From positions 640,001 to 704,000 of the forward strand of contig OZ244065.1 in the NCBI GenBank assembly GCA_965215505.1: a DNA stretch of 64,000 nt. Reading direction: 5' to 3'. This DNA comes from Capsulimonadaceae bacterium. GTDB lineage: Bacteria; Armatimonadota; Armatimonadia; Armatimonadales; Capsulimonadaceae. Position 1 is the stretch's first letter, and each line of letters starts with the position of its first letter. The notes beneath the pieces are model-generated. The model was not told the DNA's origin. It did not search any database and saw nothing but the letters and a program-made list of their open reading frames with translations. The translations under genes were made by a program, and so were the position numbers. Below, piece after piece: positions 38,106 through 47,051 of the stretch.

Positions 38106-40907
38106 ATGTCTTCTTCCACTCCTCCCCCGGAAAACGTCACGCGGCGCGATTTCGTCCGCCGCGCCGCACTCGCCGCTGGCGGCCTCGCTTTGGGCGCATC
38201 ACCCGCCGAAGCGCAGACCCGGCGGCGCGGCCTGCGGCCCGCTGGTGCTGCGACCGGAGCGCCGGGTGCCCCGGCGGGGACGCCCGGCGCGACGCCCGGC
38301 AATGACTGGGCGGACAAAAACATCGACGACGTGGTGAAAGGATTCGAAAAGCTCCCCGGCGTCCTGACCCTGTACCGCAAGAAGAACGACCTGTACGCCG
38401 AGGTCCGGCCCGATCAGATCGGCCAGATCCTCCTGCTCCAGACCACGCGGGCGACGGGCACGGCGGGCTTCGGCGGGACGGTCGGCGACCCGCTCGACGA
38501 CACCGTGTTCGTGCTTCACAAGGAGAACGACCACATCTCACTCTCCGTCCCTAACCTGCGCTTCCGCGCCCAGAGCGGCACCCCCGAGGCGGTTTCGGTG
38601 AGCCGTTCGTTCGCCGGGGCCTACCTCGCCTCGTACAAGATCGAGGCCGTGCGCCCGGACCCGGTGCAGGCCAAGGCCATCGCCGACATGAAGGACAAGG
38701 ACCTGAAGGCGGCGGCTCTGGAGAAGGCGGCGACGGGCTACCTGATCCACATCCCGAGCCTGTTCCTGACCGACGTTTCCGGCTTCACGCAGGGCCTGCC
38801 CGGCTTCACCGTGGATGCCGACAAGACGTACCTGAAGAGCGTCCAGAACTTCCCGGACAACCTGGTCGTCACGACGCAGTTCCACTTCGCGGGCCGGACA
38901 TCCGTGCCGGGCGTGGACACCCTGACCGACGACCGCTCCATCCCGCAGCAGATCGTCTACAACCTGTTCGCCCTGAAGGAAACCGGCTACAAGCCGCGCT
39001 TCTACGATGACCGCATCGGGTTCTTCACCGAGGACTATCAGACCTTCGACGAGGACACCTCCGACGACAACGCCCGGCGCATGATCCAGCGCTGGCACCT
39101 CGCCAAGAAGGACCCGCACGCCGCCCTGTCCGAGCCGGTGACGCCGATCACCTTCTGGGTGGACAACGCCACGCCGCTGCGCTACCGGTCGGCCATCCAG
39201 CAAGGCGTCCTGAGCTGGAACGGGGTGTTCGAGAAGGTCGGGTACAAGAACGCCGTTCGGTGCGAGGTCATGCCCGCCGACGCCGCCTGGGACCCCGCCG
39301 ACATGCGCCACAACGTGGTCCGCTGGATGTCCTCCCCCGGCGCGGGCTACGCCGTCGCTCAGTTCCGGCACAGCCCACTGACCGGCGAGATCTTGAACGC
39401 TTCGATCTCGGTGGATGCGAGCTGGGCGCGCATCACCAACCTGGTCTACCCGACCACCGTCCTCAACGGCCAGCCCGCCGACGGCATGACGCCCCAGCAG
39501 TACGCCGACAACCTGGTGAACGCGAAGCCGACCGACCTCTCTCACAACCGCTGCTCCTGCCAGCTCGGGATGGAAATGCAGCGGACGGCCGCCTTCGGCT
39601 GGGACGCGCTGGAGATACTGCCGGACATGGACGCCGGACTGACGCCGGGCGAGAAGAAGCCGAGCATGGAGGAGTTCACGCACCTCCAGCTCGTTCAGGT
39701 CGTCATGCACGAGTTCGGCCACTGCCTGGGCCTGCGCCACAACTTCAAAGGCTCGACCATGCTGTCCCCGGCCCAGCTCCAGGACAAAGCCATGACCGAG
39801 AAGTACGGCATCATGGGGTCCGTCATGGACTACGGCGGCCCGAACCTTGCCCCGCTGGGCGGCAAGCAGGCCGACTACTTCATGGCCAAGCCTGGGCCCT
39901 ACGACGAGTGGGCCATCGAGTACGGCTACCGCGACTTCGGCGACTCGGCCCTGGCTGAAGCGGCCGGCCTCAAGGCCATCGCGGCCCGCTCGCGCGAGTT
40001 CGGCCACGACTACGCCAGCGATGAGAACGCCGACACGATTGACCCGACCATCACGCGCTACGACCTCAGCTCCGACCCGCTGACCTACCGGGTCGCGATG
40101 GTCGAGAAGGCGCACCGGATGCTTGGAATCCTGGAGTTCCGCCAGCCCCTCCCCGGTGAGCCGTACTACACCCTGACGCGCAAATTCACGCGCATCCTGG
40201 GCCAGTACAACTCGAACTCCGTCGCGGTCGCCCGGTTCATCGGCGGCATTGTCACCGAGCGGAACCACTACGGCGACGCCAATGCGGTCGCGCCGGTCCA
40301 GCCGGTCCCCTTCGCCGACCAGCGGCGCGCGCTCCAGGTGCTGTGCAGCATCGTCTTCTCGGACAACGCCTTGCGCTTCTCGCCGGACCTGCTGGCGCGG
40401 TTGCAGCAGAACCCTGTCCCCTACGGCCCGCTGACGGCCGGCGCGGGGGCGCAGGACCTCTCCATCCTGGACACCATCGCGAACGTCCAGGCGGCGGGGT
40501 TGTATGCCGTCCTCAACGCGGGCACCCTGGGCCGGATCGAAACCAACGAGTTCCGCGCGCAGGCCGGGTCCCAGCCCGTCACCGTTCTGGAAGCGATCAA
40601 TACGGTCACCTCGACGGTCTGGTCCGACCTGGACGGCCCGGTGCGCGGCCCGGCGGGGGCGGTCCACCCGCTGCGCCGCCGGTTGCAGCGCACGCATGTG
40701 GACGCCCTAATCGCGCTGGCCCGGCCCGCCGAGGCGGGCGGCCAGGTGACCGGGGACGCCGGGGCCTTCTCGCAGGCCACCCTGCGCGGCCTTGCGGCCA
40801 AGATCAGCGTGGCCGAGAAGAAGCCGCACGACCCGGTGACGGCCGCCCACCTGACCGAGACGCGGGTCCGCATCGCGCGCTTCCTGCACGCCCAGGCCAT
40901 TGCCTAA
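38106..40907 (+). CDS. Tat-exported zinc metalloprotease (EcxA/DUF5117-DUF4953-like metzincin)
   Basis: TRRDFV signal, HEFGHCLGLRHNF, SVMDY Met-turn and GPYDEWAIEYGY. Confidence 0.92.
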   Translation: MSSSTPPPENVTRRDFVRRAALAAGGLALGASPAEAQTRRRGLRPAGAATGAPGAPAGTPGATPGNDWADKNIDDVVKGFEKLPGVLTLYRKKNDLYAEVRPDQIGQILLLQTTRATGTAGFGGTVGDPLDDTVFVLHKENDHISLSVPNLRFRAQSGTPEAVSVSRSFAGAYLASYKIEAVRPDPVQAKAIADMKDKDLKAAALEKAATGYLIHIPSLFLTDVSGFTQGLPGFTVDADKTYLKSVQNFPDNLVVTTQFHFAGRTSVPGVDTLTDDRSIPQQIVYNLFALKETGYKPRFYDDRIGFFTEDYQTFDEDTSDDNARRMIQRWHLAKKDPHAALSEPVTPITFWVDNATPLRYRSAIQQGVLSWNGVFEKVGYKNAVRCEVMPADAAWDPADMRHNVVRWMSSPGAGYAVAQFRHSPLTGEILNASISVDASWARITNLVYPTTVLNGQPADGMTPQQYADNLVNAKPTDLSHNRCSCQLGMEMQRTAAFGWDALEILPDMDAGLTPGEKKPSMEEFTHLQLVQVVMHEFGHCLGLRHNFKGSTMLSPAQLQDKAMTEKYGIMGSVMDYGGPNLAPLGGKQADYFMAKPGPYDEWAIEYGYRDFGDSALAEAAGLKAIAARSREFGHDYASDENADTIDPTITRYDLSSDPLTYRVAMVEKAHRMLGILEFRQPLPGEPYYTLTRKFTRILGQYNSNSVAVARFIGGIVTERNHYGDANAVAPVQPVPFADQRRALQVLCSIVFSDNALRFSPDLLARLQQNPVPYGPLTAGAGAQDLSILDTIANVQAAGLYAVLNAGTLGRIETNEFRAQAGSQPVTVLEAINTVTSTVWSDLDGPVRGPAGAVHPLRRRLQRTHVDALIALARPAEAGGQVTGDAGAFSQATLRGLAAKISVAEKKPHDPVTAAHLTETRVRIARFLHAQAIA

Positions 40908-40923
40908 GCACGGCAGAACACAG

Positions 40924-40963
40924 AGGGCCGGCGGCATCCATGATGCCGCCGGCCCTTTGTTTG
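40924..40963 (+). terminator. Intrinsic terminator
   Basis: AGGGCCGGCGGCATC-CAT-GATGCCGCCGGCCCT followed by TTGTTTG. Confidence 0.8.
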
Positions 40964-40977
40964 TCACTCGGGGGGGG

Positions 40978-41107
40978 GCCCGCCGTGAACGGCAGGTCTG
41001 GGGGGCGAAGACGCCGACCGCCCTGCGGGCGGGGTGACGTATCATCCGATCTTCCGGTCGCAGACCGGTTGGCCGCAGGCCCCTCAGACCTGCCGTTCAC
41101 GGCGGGG
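40978..41107. repeat. Four-hairpin palindromic element (TGAA/TTCA-loop family)
   Basis: CCCGCCG-TGAA-CGGCAGGTCTG ... CAGACCTGCCG-TTCA-CGGCGGG, with inner hairpins CCGCCCTGCGGGCGG and CCGGTCGCAGACCGG. Confidence 0.8.
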
Positions 41108-41894
41108 TCTGCGTAACAGCGGATGCTAGGAGGCTATACGGCTGCGTGTAGGTCAGCTTCACGAACCCGCGTTTCGCTAGGATCGGTTCCGAGGTCGGCA
41201 GCGCATCCACGCAGATGTTAACGACGTTGCGGCCCATGGCCTCGCGGATGCGGGCGGCGACCACTTGGGTGAACAGGCCGCGCTTCCTGAACCGCTCCCG
41301 TGTGTTGCCCCCGCACAGCCCGGCGAACTTGCTGTCCTCATGGAAGTAGATGCGCCCGCAGCCGGCAGGCTCCCCGTCAACATAGGCGACGTAGATGCTC
41401 ATGGTGTCCGGGTGGTTTTCCAGCAGGAATGCGTACTGCTGGATTTCTTTGTCACAATTCCTGCCCCGAACCTCTTCCCGTACCACCCGATAGTCACGCA
41501 GGCTTTCCAGGTCGGTCACACGCCTGATGTCGGCGTCGCCCGTGCCGAAACGGGCCAGCCCCTCTTCGCTTGCCGGAAAGACCATGAACGCTTCCCGGTC
41601 GTCCACCTCAAACCCCGCCGCCGTCAGCCGCTCTCCGAGGCAGGCGGGGCGGTCGTGCCCGTAGACCTTCCACTCCAACTCGTGGCCTTCATCGCGGGCG
41701 GTTTGTATCTGATGCTCAATCACTCGGTCAACCTCAGCCTCGGAGCAGGAGGAGTAGGTGATCTCAGCGCTTTTCCCATCTGCCGAGACATCCCTCCACA
41801 CCTTTCCGTCTGAGAGGCGCGTCACGCCTGGATAGATAACCGTCCGCCGCTCCAAGTCCAGCAAGTTCAATAGGAATGTTTTCTCCGTGCTCAT
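41097..41894 (-). CDS. GNAT family acetyltransferase
   Basis: C-terminal GGNT..RFRKRG acetyl-CoA motif and S.PIL...GF. Confidence 0.85.
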   Translation of the reverse strand: MSTEKTFLLNLLDLERRTVIYPGVTRLSDGKVWRDVSADGKSAEITYSSCSEAEVDRVIEHQIQTARDEGHELEWKVYGHDRPACLGERLTAAGFEVDDREAFMVFPASEEGLARFGTGDADIRRVTDLESLRDYRVVREEVRGRNCDKEIQQYAFLLENHPDTMSIYVAYVDGEPAGCGRIYFHEDSKFAGLCGGNTRERFRKRGLFTQVVAARIREAMGRNVVNICVDALPTSEPILAKRGFVKLTYTQPYSLLASAVTQTPP

Positions 41895-42223
41895 AGTTTC
41901 AGTGGGCTGCTCCAATGGTGTGCGAGGTGCGTCGGAAGCGCCGGTCTACTTGGATGGGCTTTCACCTCTCGTATCGTCTGGACGGGAGCGGGCGCTAAAG
42001 GGCTTCCGAGTAGATCGGCCTCCAGGCCATGCAAGGCTCACACATGGATTCTCACCACTCGGCCCCGTCGTCAGCTCCCTCCTGCGTCCCCTGGACTGCA
42101 CTGGCAGACCTGGAAGGCGCTGGGCATTTCCGAGCCTCGGGTTTCAACCCGTGGCAAGGAAGGTACACACAATTTGCATCCAGTCAAAGGATAATCGCTC
42201 AGGGAAGAACAATCTTCCCCTGT

Positions 42224-43624
42224 ATGAATCTTGATGACAACCTCGCCCCACCCGGCGCGGAGGGCGGCCATCTGGAAGGTGAGCGGAAGACCTGGCGGAT
42301 CGGGACGCTCGTCTACACGCGCGGCGGACTGGCCGCCGTGCTGGGCTGGCTGCTCTGGGGCGACTTCGGCTGGCAGATGCGCGAGCGGGCGGTCGTCCCG
42401 GTCGCGCAGCTTTTGCTCAAGCATCTGCGCGCCTCCGACACGTTCGTCGGCCTGCTGGTCGGGTCGGTCCCCTCCGCCCTGGGCATGATCCTGGGGCCGA
42501 TCATCAGCACCCTCTCCGACCGGCACCGGGGGCGGCGCGGGCGGCGCGTCCCCTTCCTGCTGGCCCCCACCCCGTTCGCCGTCCTGAGCCTGCTGGGGCT
42601 GGCCTTCGTCCCGGCCCTGGGGCGCGGCCTGTACCGCGCTCTGGGCGCGCACGCGCCGAGCCTGAATTTTGTCAGCCTCGCCGTCTTTGCCGTCTTGTGG
42701 ACGGTCTTCGAGGTCGCCGCCGTCACCACGGCGGGCATTTTCTACAGCCTGGTCAACGATGTCGTACCGCACGAGCTGATCGGACGGACGTTCGGCGCGT
42801 TCCGTGCGGTCAGCCTGCTGGCGGGCATCCTCTTCAACTACTACGTCATCGGCCACGCGGAGCAGCACTTCCGGGCCATCTTCCTCAGCGTCGCGGTCCT
42901 CTACGGCGTCGGCCTGACCGTGATGTGTCTGCGGGTGAGGGAGGGCGCGTACCCGCCGCCCCCGGAGCCGCGGGCGAGGCGGAGCGAGGGCGGCGTGATC
43001 GTCCCCGTACTGGCTTATTTCCGGGACACTTTTTCCAATCCCTACTACCGCTGGGTCTACGGCGCGACGACATTGGCGTCGCTGGCGGCGGGGCCGGTCA
43101 ACTCCTTCAGCGTGTTCTACGCCAAGAGCATCCACCTGAACCTGGGCCTCTACGGGAAGTATCACGCCCTGACCTATGTGATCTCGTTCTGCCTCTCGTA
43201 CCTGCTGGGCTGGATGGCCGACCGCTTCCACCCGCTGCGGATCGCGACGGTCGCCATCGGCCTGTATGCCGTCGCCGCGCTGCTGGGCGGGGTCTTCGCG
43301 CGGACGCCCGCGACATTTGCCGTGGCGTTCGTCGCGCACGGCGTCCTCAGCGGGTGCCTGTTCACCACTATCGTCCCGACCTTCCAGAGGCTGTTCCCCA
43401 AGGCGCGGTTCGGCGAGTTCTATTCGGCGACCACACTGCTGTCTGGCCTGGCCTTCGTCGTCCTGCCGCCCACCGTCGGCGCGCTGCTGGACGCCACGGG
43501 CCACGTCTACCGGTACACGTTCCTCGTCGCCGGGTCGCTGGGTCTGCTGGCATTCGTTGGGATGTCCATCGTCCACCAGAAGTTCATGGCATTGGGCGGA
43601 CCGAAGGACTACGTCGCCCCTTGA
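42224..43624 (+). CDS. MFS transporter
   Basis: SDR...GRR.PF and GWMADRF with about 12 TMs. Confidence 0.88.
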   Translation: MNLDDNLAPPGAEGGHLEGERKTWRIGTLVYTRGGLAAVLGWLLWGDFGWQMRERAVVPVAQLLLKHLRASDTFVGLLVGSVPSALGMILGPIISTLSDRHRGRRGRRVPFLLAPTPFAVLSLLGLAFVPALGRGLYRALGAHAPSLNFVSLAVFAVLWTVFEVAAVTTAGIFYSLVNDVVPHELIGRTFGAFRAVSLLAGILFNYYVIGHAEQHFRAIFLSVAVLYGVGLTVMCLRVREGAYPPPPEPRARRSEGGVIVPVLAYFRDTFSNPYYRWVYGATTLASLAAGPVNSFSVFYAKSIHLNLGLYGKYHALTYVISFCLSYLLGWMADRFHPLRIATVAIGLYAVAALLGGVFARTPATFAVAFVAHGVLSGCLFTTIVPTFQRLFPKARFGEFYSATTLLSGLAFVVLPPTVGALLDATGHVYRYTFLVAGSLGLLAFVGMSIVHQKFMALGGPKDYVAP

Positions 43625-43648
43625 CGGCAAAGCGGGCGAACTCCAAAG

Positions 43649-43738
43649 AGGGCGAACGCCCCCACAGGAAGGGCGAATGCCCCCACAGGAAGGGCGAACG
43701 CCCCCACAGGAAGGGCGAACACAGGGGTTCGCCCCTAC
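43649..43738. repeat. Three tandem 21-bp units followed by one complete GTAG REP
   Basis: (AGGGCGAAYGCCCCCACAGGA)x3 then AGGGCGAACACAGGGGTTCGCCCCTAC. Confidence 0.9.
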
Positions 43739-43745
43739 AGGGAAT

Positions 43746-44183
43746 CTAGGCCGTTTCTTCTTCGACCGTTCCCTTTCCGTCAGGCTGCTCCACAACAGAC
43801 GCCGGGGCCGTCGCCCCGGAAGGGTACTGCTGCGCCCGGAACGCCTTCTCCTGTGACTTCTGCCGCGTTTCCATCTGCGTCACGCGCTTCTGGAGCGCCT
43901 TGATCTCGGCGTCTCTCTGGGCGACTTCGTTCTTCAAAGCCTTCAGGTCCGCCGCCACCGCCCGCAGTGCTTCGGCGAGGGCAGGCGCGGCGGGCGCGCG
44001 TCCCACAGGCGGCGGAACCACCTTCACGGGCGTGGCCTCGCGATAGACGCCGTAGCCCTCGCTCGGGGCGACCTTCTCGCCTGGGCGGAGGGATTTGCCC
44101 TTCGTTGTTGGCTTGCCTTCGCCCCGTGTCTCGGGCCGGGCAGACGGTCTGCCGGCGGGCTTATAGGTTGACTTGCTGTTCAT
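43746..44183 (-). CDS. Hypothetical protein with coiled coil
   Basis: 145 aa from MNSKST, heptad segment LKALKNEVAQRDAEIKALQKRV. AAGGA RBS and ATGA overlap. Confidence 0.65.
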   Translation of the reverse strand: MNSKSTYKPAGRPSARPETRGEGKPTTKGKSLRPGEKVAPSEGYGVYREATPVKVVPPPVGRAPAAPALAEALRAVAADLKALKNEVAQRDAEIKALQKRVTQMETRQKSQEKAFRAQQYPSGATAPASVVEQPDGKGTVEEETA

Positions 44184-45154
44184 GTGTTGGGTTCCTTTGT
44201 GTCGCGCATTGCGCCCCCGACGACTTCTCGCAGGGCATGGTAGAGGTCCACTGAGGCCTCGATTTCCTCCTTGCGGATGGAGACGCTTTCCACGTTGACG
44301 CCCAGCGGCACCCCGTCCGCCCCCACCGTCTCCAGGATGCGGGTCAGGGCGGACGCGCAGGCCCGGAGCGACTGCGTCAGGGGCGCGTCGGAGGAGAGGA
44401 TCGCCCGCTCCGTTTCGGCGGGGATCGCGATGCCCAGCCACTTCATGAAGCCCAGAGTCGCCGCGCCCCCGCAGGGCGTGAATGTCAGGACGATCCGCTG
44501 GGGGGCGATGCCGCGCGCGCGGCAATCACGGGCGTAGTCGCGGAGGAGGCCGATGGTTGCCTCGGGCGCGTAGACGGCCTGCGAAATGAAGTACCGGCAG
44601 CCGTCGCCCGCCTTGGCGATCAGCCGCTCGCTCTCGCTGCGTCCCGTCCTGTGCCGCTCCGGGACGACGACGCCGCCGAGGGTGAAGCCGCCGGGGTGAA
44701 GGGAAGCCTCCCGGATGGCCTGCGGGAGCGGGATGCCGCCCGCCTGCGGCGTCGAGGCCGCCCTGCCGACGAGGGACAGGCAGCGCAGGCCGTAGGCGTC
44801 CTGAGTCTCGTCCAGCCAGGCCCGCCAGTCGCCTGCGCTCACCTGCGCCACGCTCTTGTAGCAGAGGGCGGTCCGCCCCGTCGCCTGCTGAAGCAGACGC
44901 GCGTAGGACCGCGCCTCCAGCGTCGGCAGGAACGGGAACGGGCGCGGGCTGCTCGTGCGCTCGCTCTCGTCCTGGACATCGTACACGACCAGCCCGTCCA
45001 GGTCCAGCCCCGCCGTCCGCGCGGCCAGCCGGGAGGCGGCCCCCGCGACCCGCTCCGGCGTCGCCCCCGCGCGGGGCGGGGTGGTGCCGTAGAGGAAGAC
45101 GAAGCGGCCCGCATCATCAAGGGCGGCCTGGAAACTCCGGGGGGCATCGGGCAT
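44180..45154 (-). CDS. Methylenetetrahydrofolate reductase-like FAD-linked oxidoreductase
   Basis: YGTTPP, YDVQDE...RPFPF and K...G..YFISQAVY. Confidence 0.8.
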   Translation of the reverse strand: MPDAPRSFQAALDDAGRFVFLYGTTPPRAGATPERVAGAASRLAARTAGLDLDGLVVYDVQDESERTSSPRPFPFLPTLEARSYARLLQQATGRTALCYKSVAQVSAGDWRAWLDETQDAYGLRCLSLVGRAASTPQAGGIPLPQAIREASLHPGGFTLGGVVVPERHRTGRSESERLIAKAGDGCRYFISQAVYAPEATIGLLRDYARDCRARGIAPQRIVLTFTPCGGAATLGFMKWLGIAIPAETERAILSSDAPLTQSLRACASALTRILETVGADGVPLGVNVESVSIRKEEIEASVDLYHALREVVGGAMRDTKEPNT

Positions 45155-45207
45155 GGGATCGCTTGCGGTCAATGGTCTTCTCCCACGGGAGCGGCCTCGG
45201 ACGCCCC

Positions 45208-46080
45208 CTACCCCTTCACCGCCCCCGCCGTCAGGCCGGCGACGAACTCTTTCTGAAGAATGAGGAAAAGGACCATGACGGGCAGGACGCTGATCAGAGT
45301 GCCGGCCATCAGCATCCCGTACTCGCTGCCGTAGATGCCGATCATCTGGTTGAGCGCGATGGGCAGGGTGTACTTGTCGTCGTGGTGGAGCAGGATCTGC
45401 GGCCACAGGAAGTTGTTCCAGGCCCCCATGAAGCTGATCAGGCAGAACGCGCCGATCATGGGGCGCGAGACCGGCATGACGATGTCCCAGTAGATGCGGA
45501 ACTCCGAACAGCCGTCCAGTCGGGCCGCCTGCAATAGCTCGTCGGGCACCTGGAGGATGGACTGGCGGAACAGGAAGATGCCGAAGACGCTGACCGCGCC
45601 GGGGATGATCACGCCGATGCGGGTGTCCACCAGCCCGAGGTGATAGAGCTGCTCGTAGAGCGGAGCCATGACCACCTGGCCGGGGATCAGCAGGGTGGTC
45701 AGCATCACCGCCATGACCGCCTTCTTGCCGATGAACTCGTACTTGGCGAGCGCGAAGCCGGCCAGCGAGGAGAAGAAGAGCTGGACCACGACGGTCGCGC
45801 CGGTCACATAGATGCTGTTGATCAGGTAGCGCAGGAAGGGCACTTTGGTGAACAGGTCGTGGTAGTTCGCGGCGGAGAAGCGCGGCGAGAAGAAGGTGTA
45901 GTGGAACAGGTCGTCCGGTCCCTTCGTGGTCGCCGCCACAAGCCAGACCAGGGGCATCAGGGCGAGGGCGGCGCAGAGGAGGAGCAGGAAGACGGTCAAA
46001 GCGCGGCCCAAGCCGGTGGCGGGGCGCACGCCCACCGCCCTGCGCGCGGGTAAGATCGGCGGGCTATCCATTTCTATCAT
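45208..46080 (-). CDS. Carbohydrate ABC permease (MalG-like)
   Basis: AARLDG EAA loop and WNNFLWP. Confidence 0.93.
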   Translation of the reverse strand: MIEMDSPPILPARRAVGVRPATGLGRALTVFLLLLCAALALMPLVWLVAATTKGPDDLFHYTFFSPRFSAANYHDLFTKVPFLRYLINSIYVTGATVVVQLFFSSLAGFALAKYEFIGKKAVMAVMLTTLLIPGQVVMAPLYEQLYHLGLVDTRIGVIIPGAVSVFGIFLFRQSILQVPDELLQAARLDGCSEFRIYWDIVMPVSRPMIGAFCLISFMGAWNNFLWPQILLHHDDKYTLPIALNQMIGIYGSEYGMLMAGTLISVLPVMVLFLILQKEFVAGLTAGAVKG

Positions 46081-47051
46081 TCATTGGCCCCTTTCCACGC
46101 GCCAGTGACCCGCATCTGGAAGAGGCTGATGAGGAGCAGGCCTAAGGCCAGCACCCAGCCCACCGCCGAGGCGTAGCCCAGGTCGCCGATCATGAAGCCG
46201 TTCATGTAGAGGTAGGACACGATGGTCAGCCCCGAATTGTTCGGCCCTCCCCCGCTTGTCCCGCCGCCCAGCATGATGTAGGGCAGCTCGAAGAGCTGGA
46301 ACGAGCCGATGGTCGCGGTCACCAGCACGAATACGGCGACGGGCCGGATGCCCGGCAGGGTCACCGCCCAAAACTTCTGCCACTCGTTCGCCCCGTCCAC
46401 GGTCGCCGCCTCATACAAGGCGGTGTCCACGGCCTGGAGCGCGGCCAGGAAATAGATCATGTTGAAGCCGACGTACATCCACAGCGAGGTCAGCACGATG
46501 GCGGGCATGACGTAGTCCGGCTTCGTCAGCCACTCCGTGTCCAGCGCGAAGGACGGGACGATGGAGTGGATGACCCGGTTGATCAGCCCGAACTTCGGGA
46601 CGAACAGGACCGAGAACAGGACGCCGACGAAGACCTGGCCGAGCAGGTTGGGCGAAAAGAAGGCCAGCCGCAGGAAGTCGCGCCCGCGCAGCCAGGGCCG
46701 GTTCAGCAGGAGGGCCAGCCCCAGAGCCAGCGGGAGCTGAAGGAAAACCGACCAGAAGGCATAAACGGCGGTATTCAAGACGGCCGTGTGGAAGGCCTGG
46801 TCGGCGAACAGGAACCGGAAATTGTTCACGCCCACGAAGACATTACTCTTCGGCCCGTTCGTGGCGTAAAAGGCCAGGATCAGACTCTTGATGATCGGCC
46901 ACAGGCCGAAGGTCAGAAAGAGCAGCACGAAGGGCGCGACGAACAGGTACGGGGCGATGCGGTGCTGGAGGGCGAACCAGGGCGCGGTCGGCACGGGCCT
47001 TGCCTCGGCGCGGCCCGGCTTGGGTGCGGGCTTGACGGAAACGGTACTCAA
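46077..47051 (-). CDS. Carbohydrate ABC permease (MalF-like)
   Basis: LYEAATVDGA and GYASAV. TTG start overlaps the SBP stop. Confidence 0.9.
   Translation of the reverse strand: MSTVSVKPAPKPGRAEARPVPTAPWFALQHRIAPYLFVAPFVLLFLTFGLWPIIKSLILAFYATNGPKSNVFVGVNNFRFLFADQAFHTAVLNTAVYAFWSVFLQLPLALGLALLLNRPWLRGRDFLRLAFFSPNLLGQVFVGVLFSVLFVPKFGLINRVIHSIVPSFALDTEWLTKPDYVMPAIVLTSLWMYVGFNMIYFLAALQAVDTALYEAATVDGANEWQKFWAVTLPGIRPVAVFVLVTATIGSFQLFELPYIMLGGGTSGGGPNNSGLTIVSYLYMNGFMIGDLGYASAVGWVLALGLLLISLFQMRVTGAWKGANE

Noticed and set aside
15843-40697. Long antisense ORFs (e.g. 15843-17435, 17779-19341, 20253-22349, 38538-40697)
   Set aside because: Shadow frames of well-supported genes in high-GC DNA, with no motifs.
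43649-43738. Possible CRISPR array
   Set aside because: The units are contiguous with no unique spacers, derive from a REP, and no cas genes are present.
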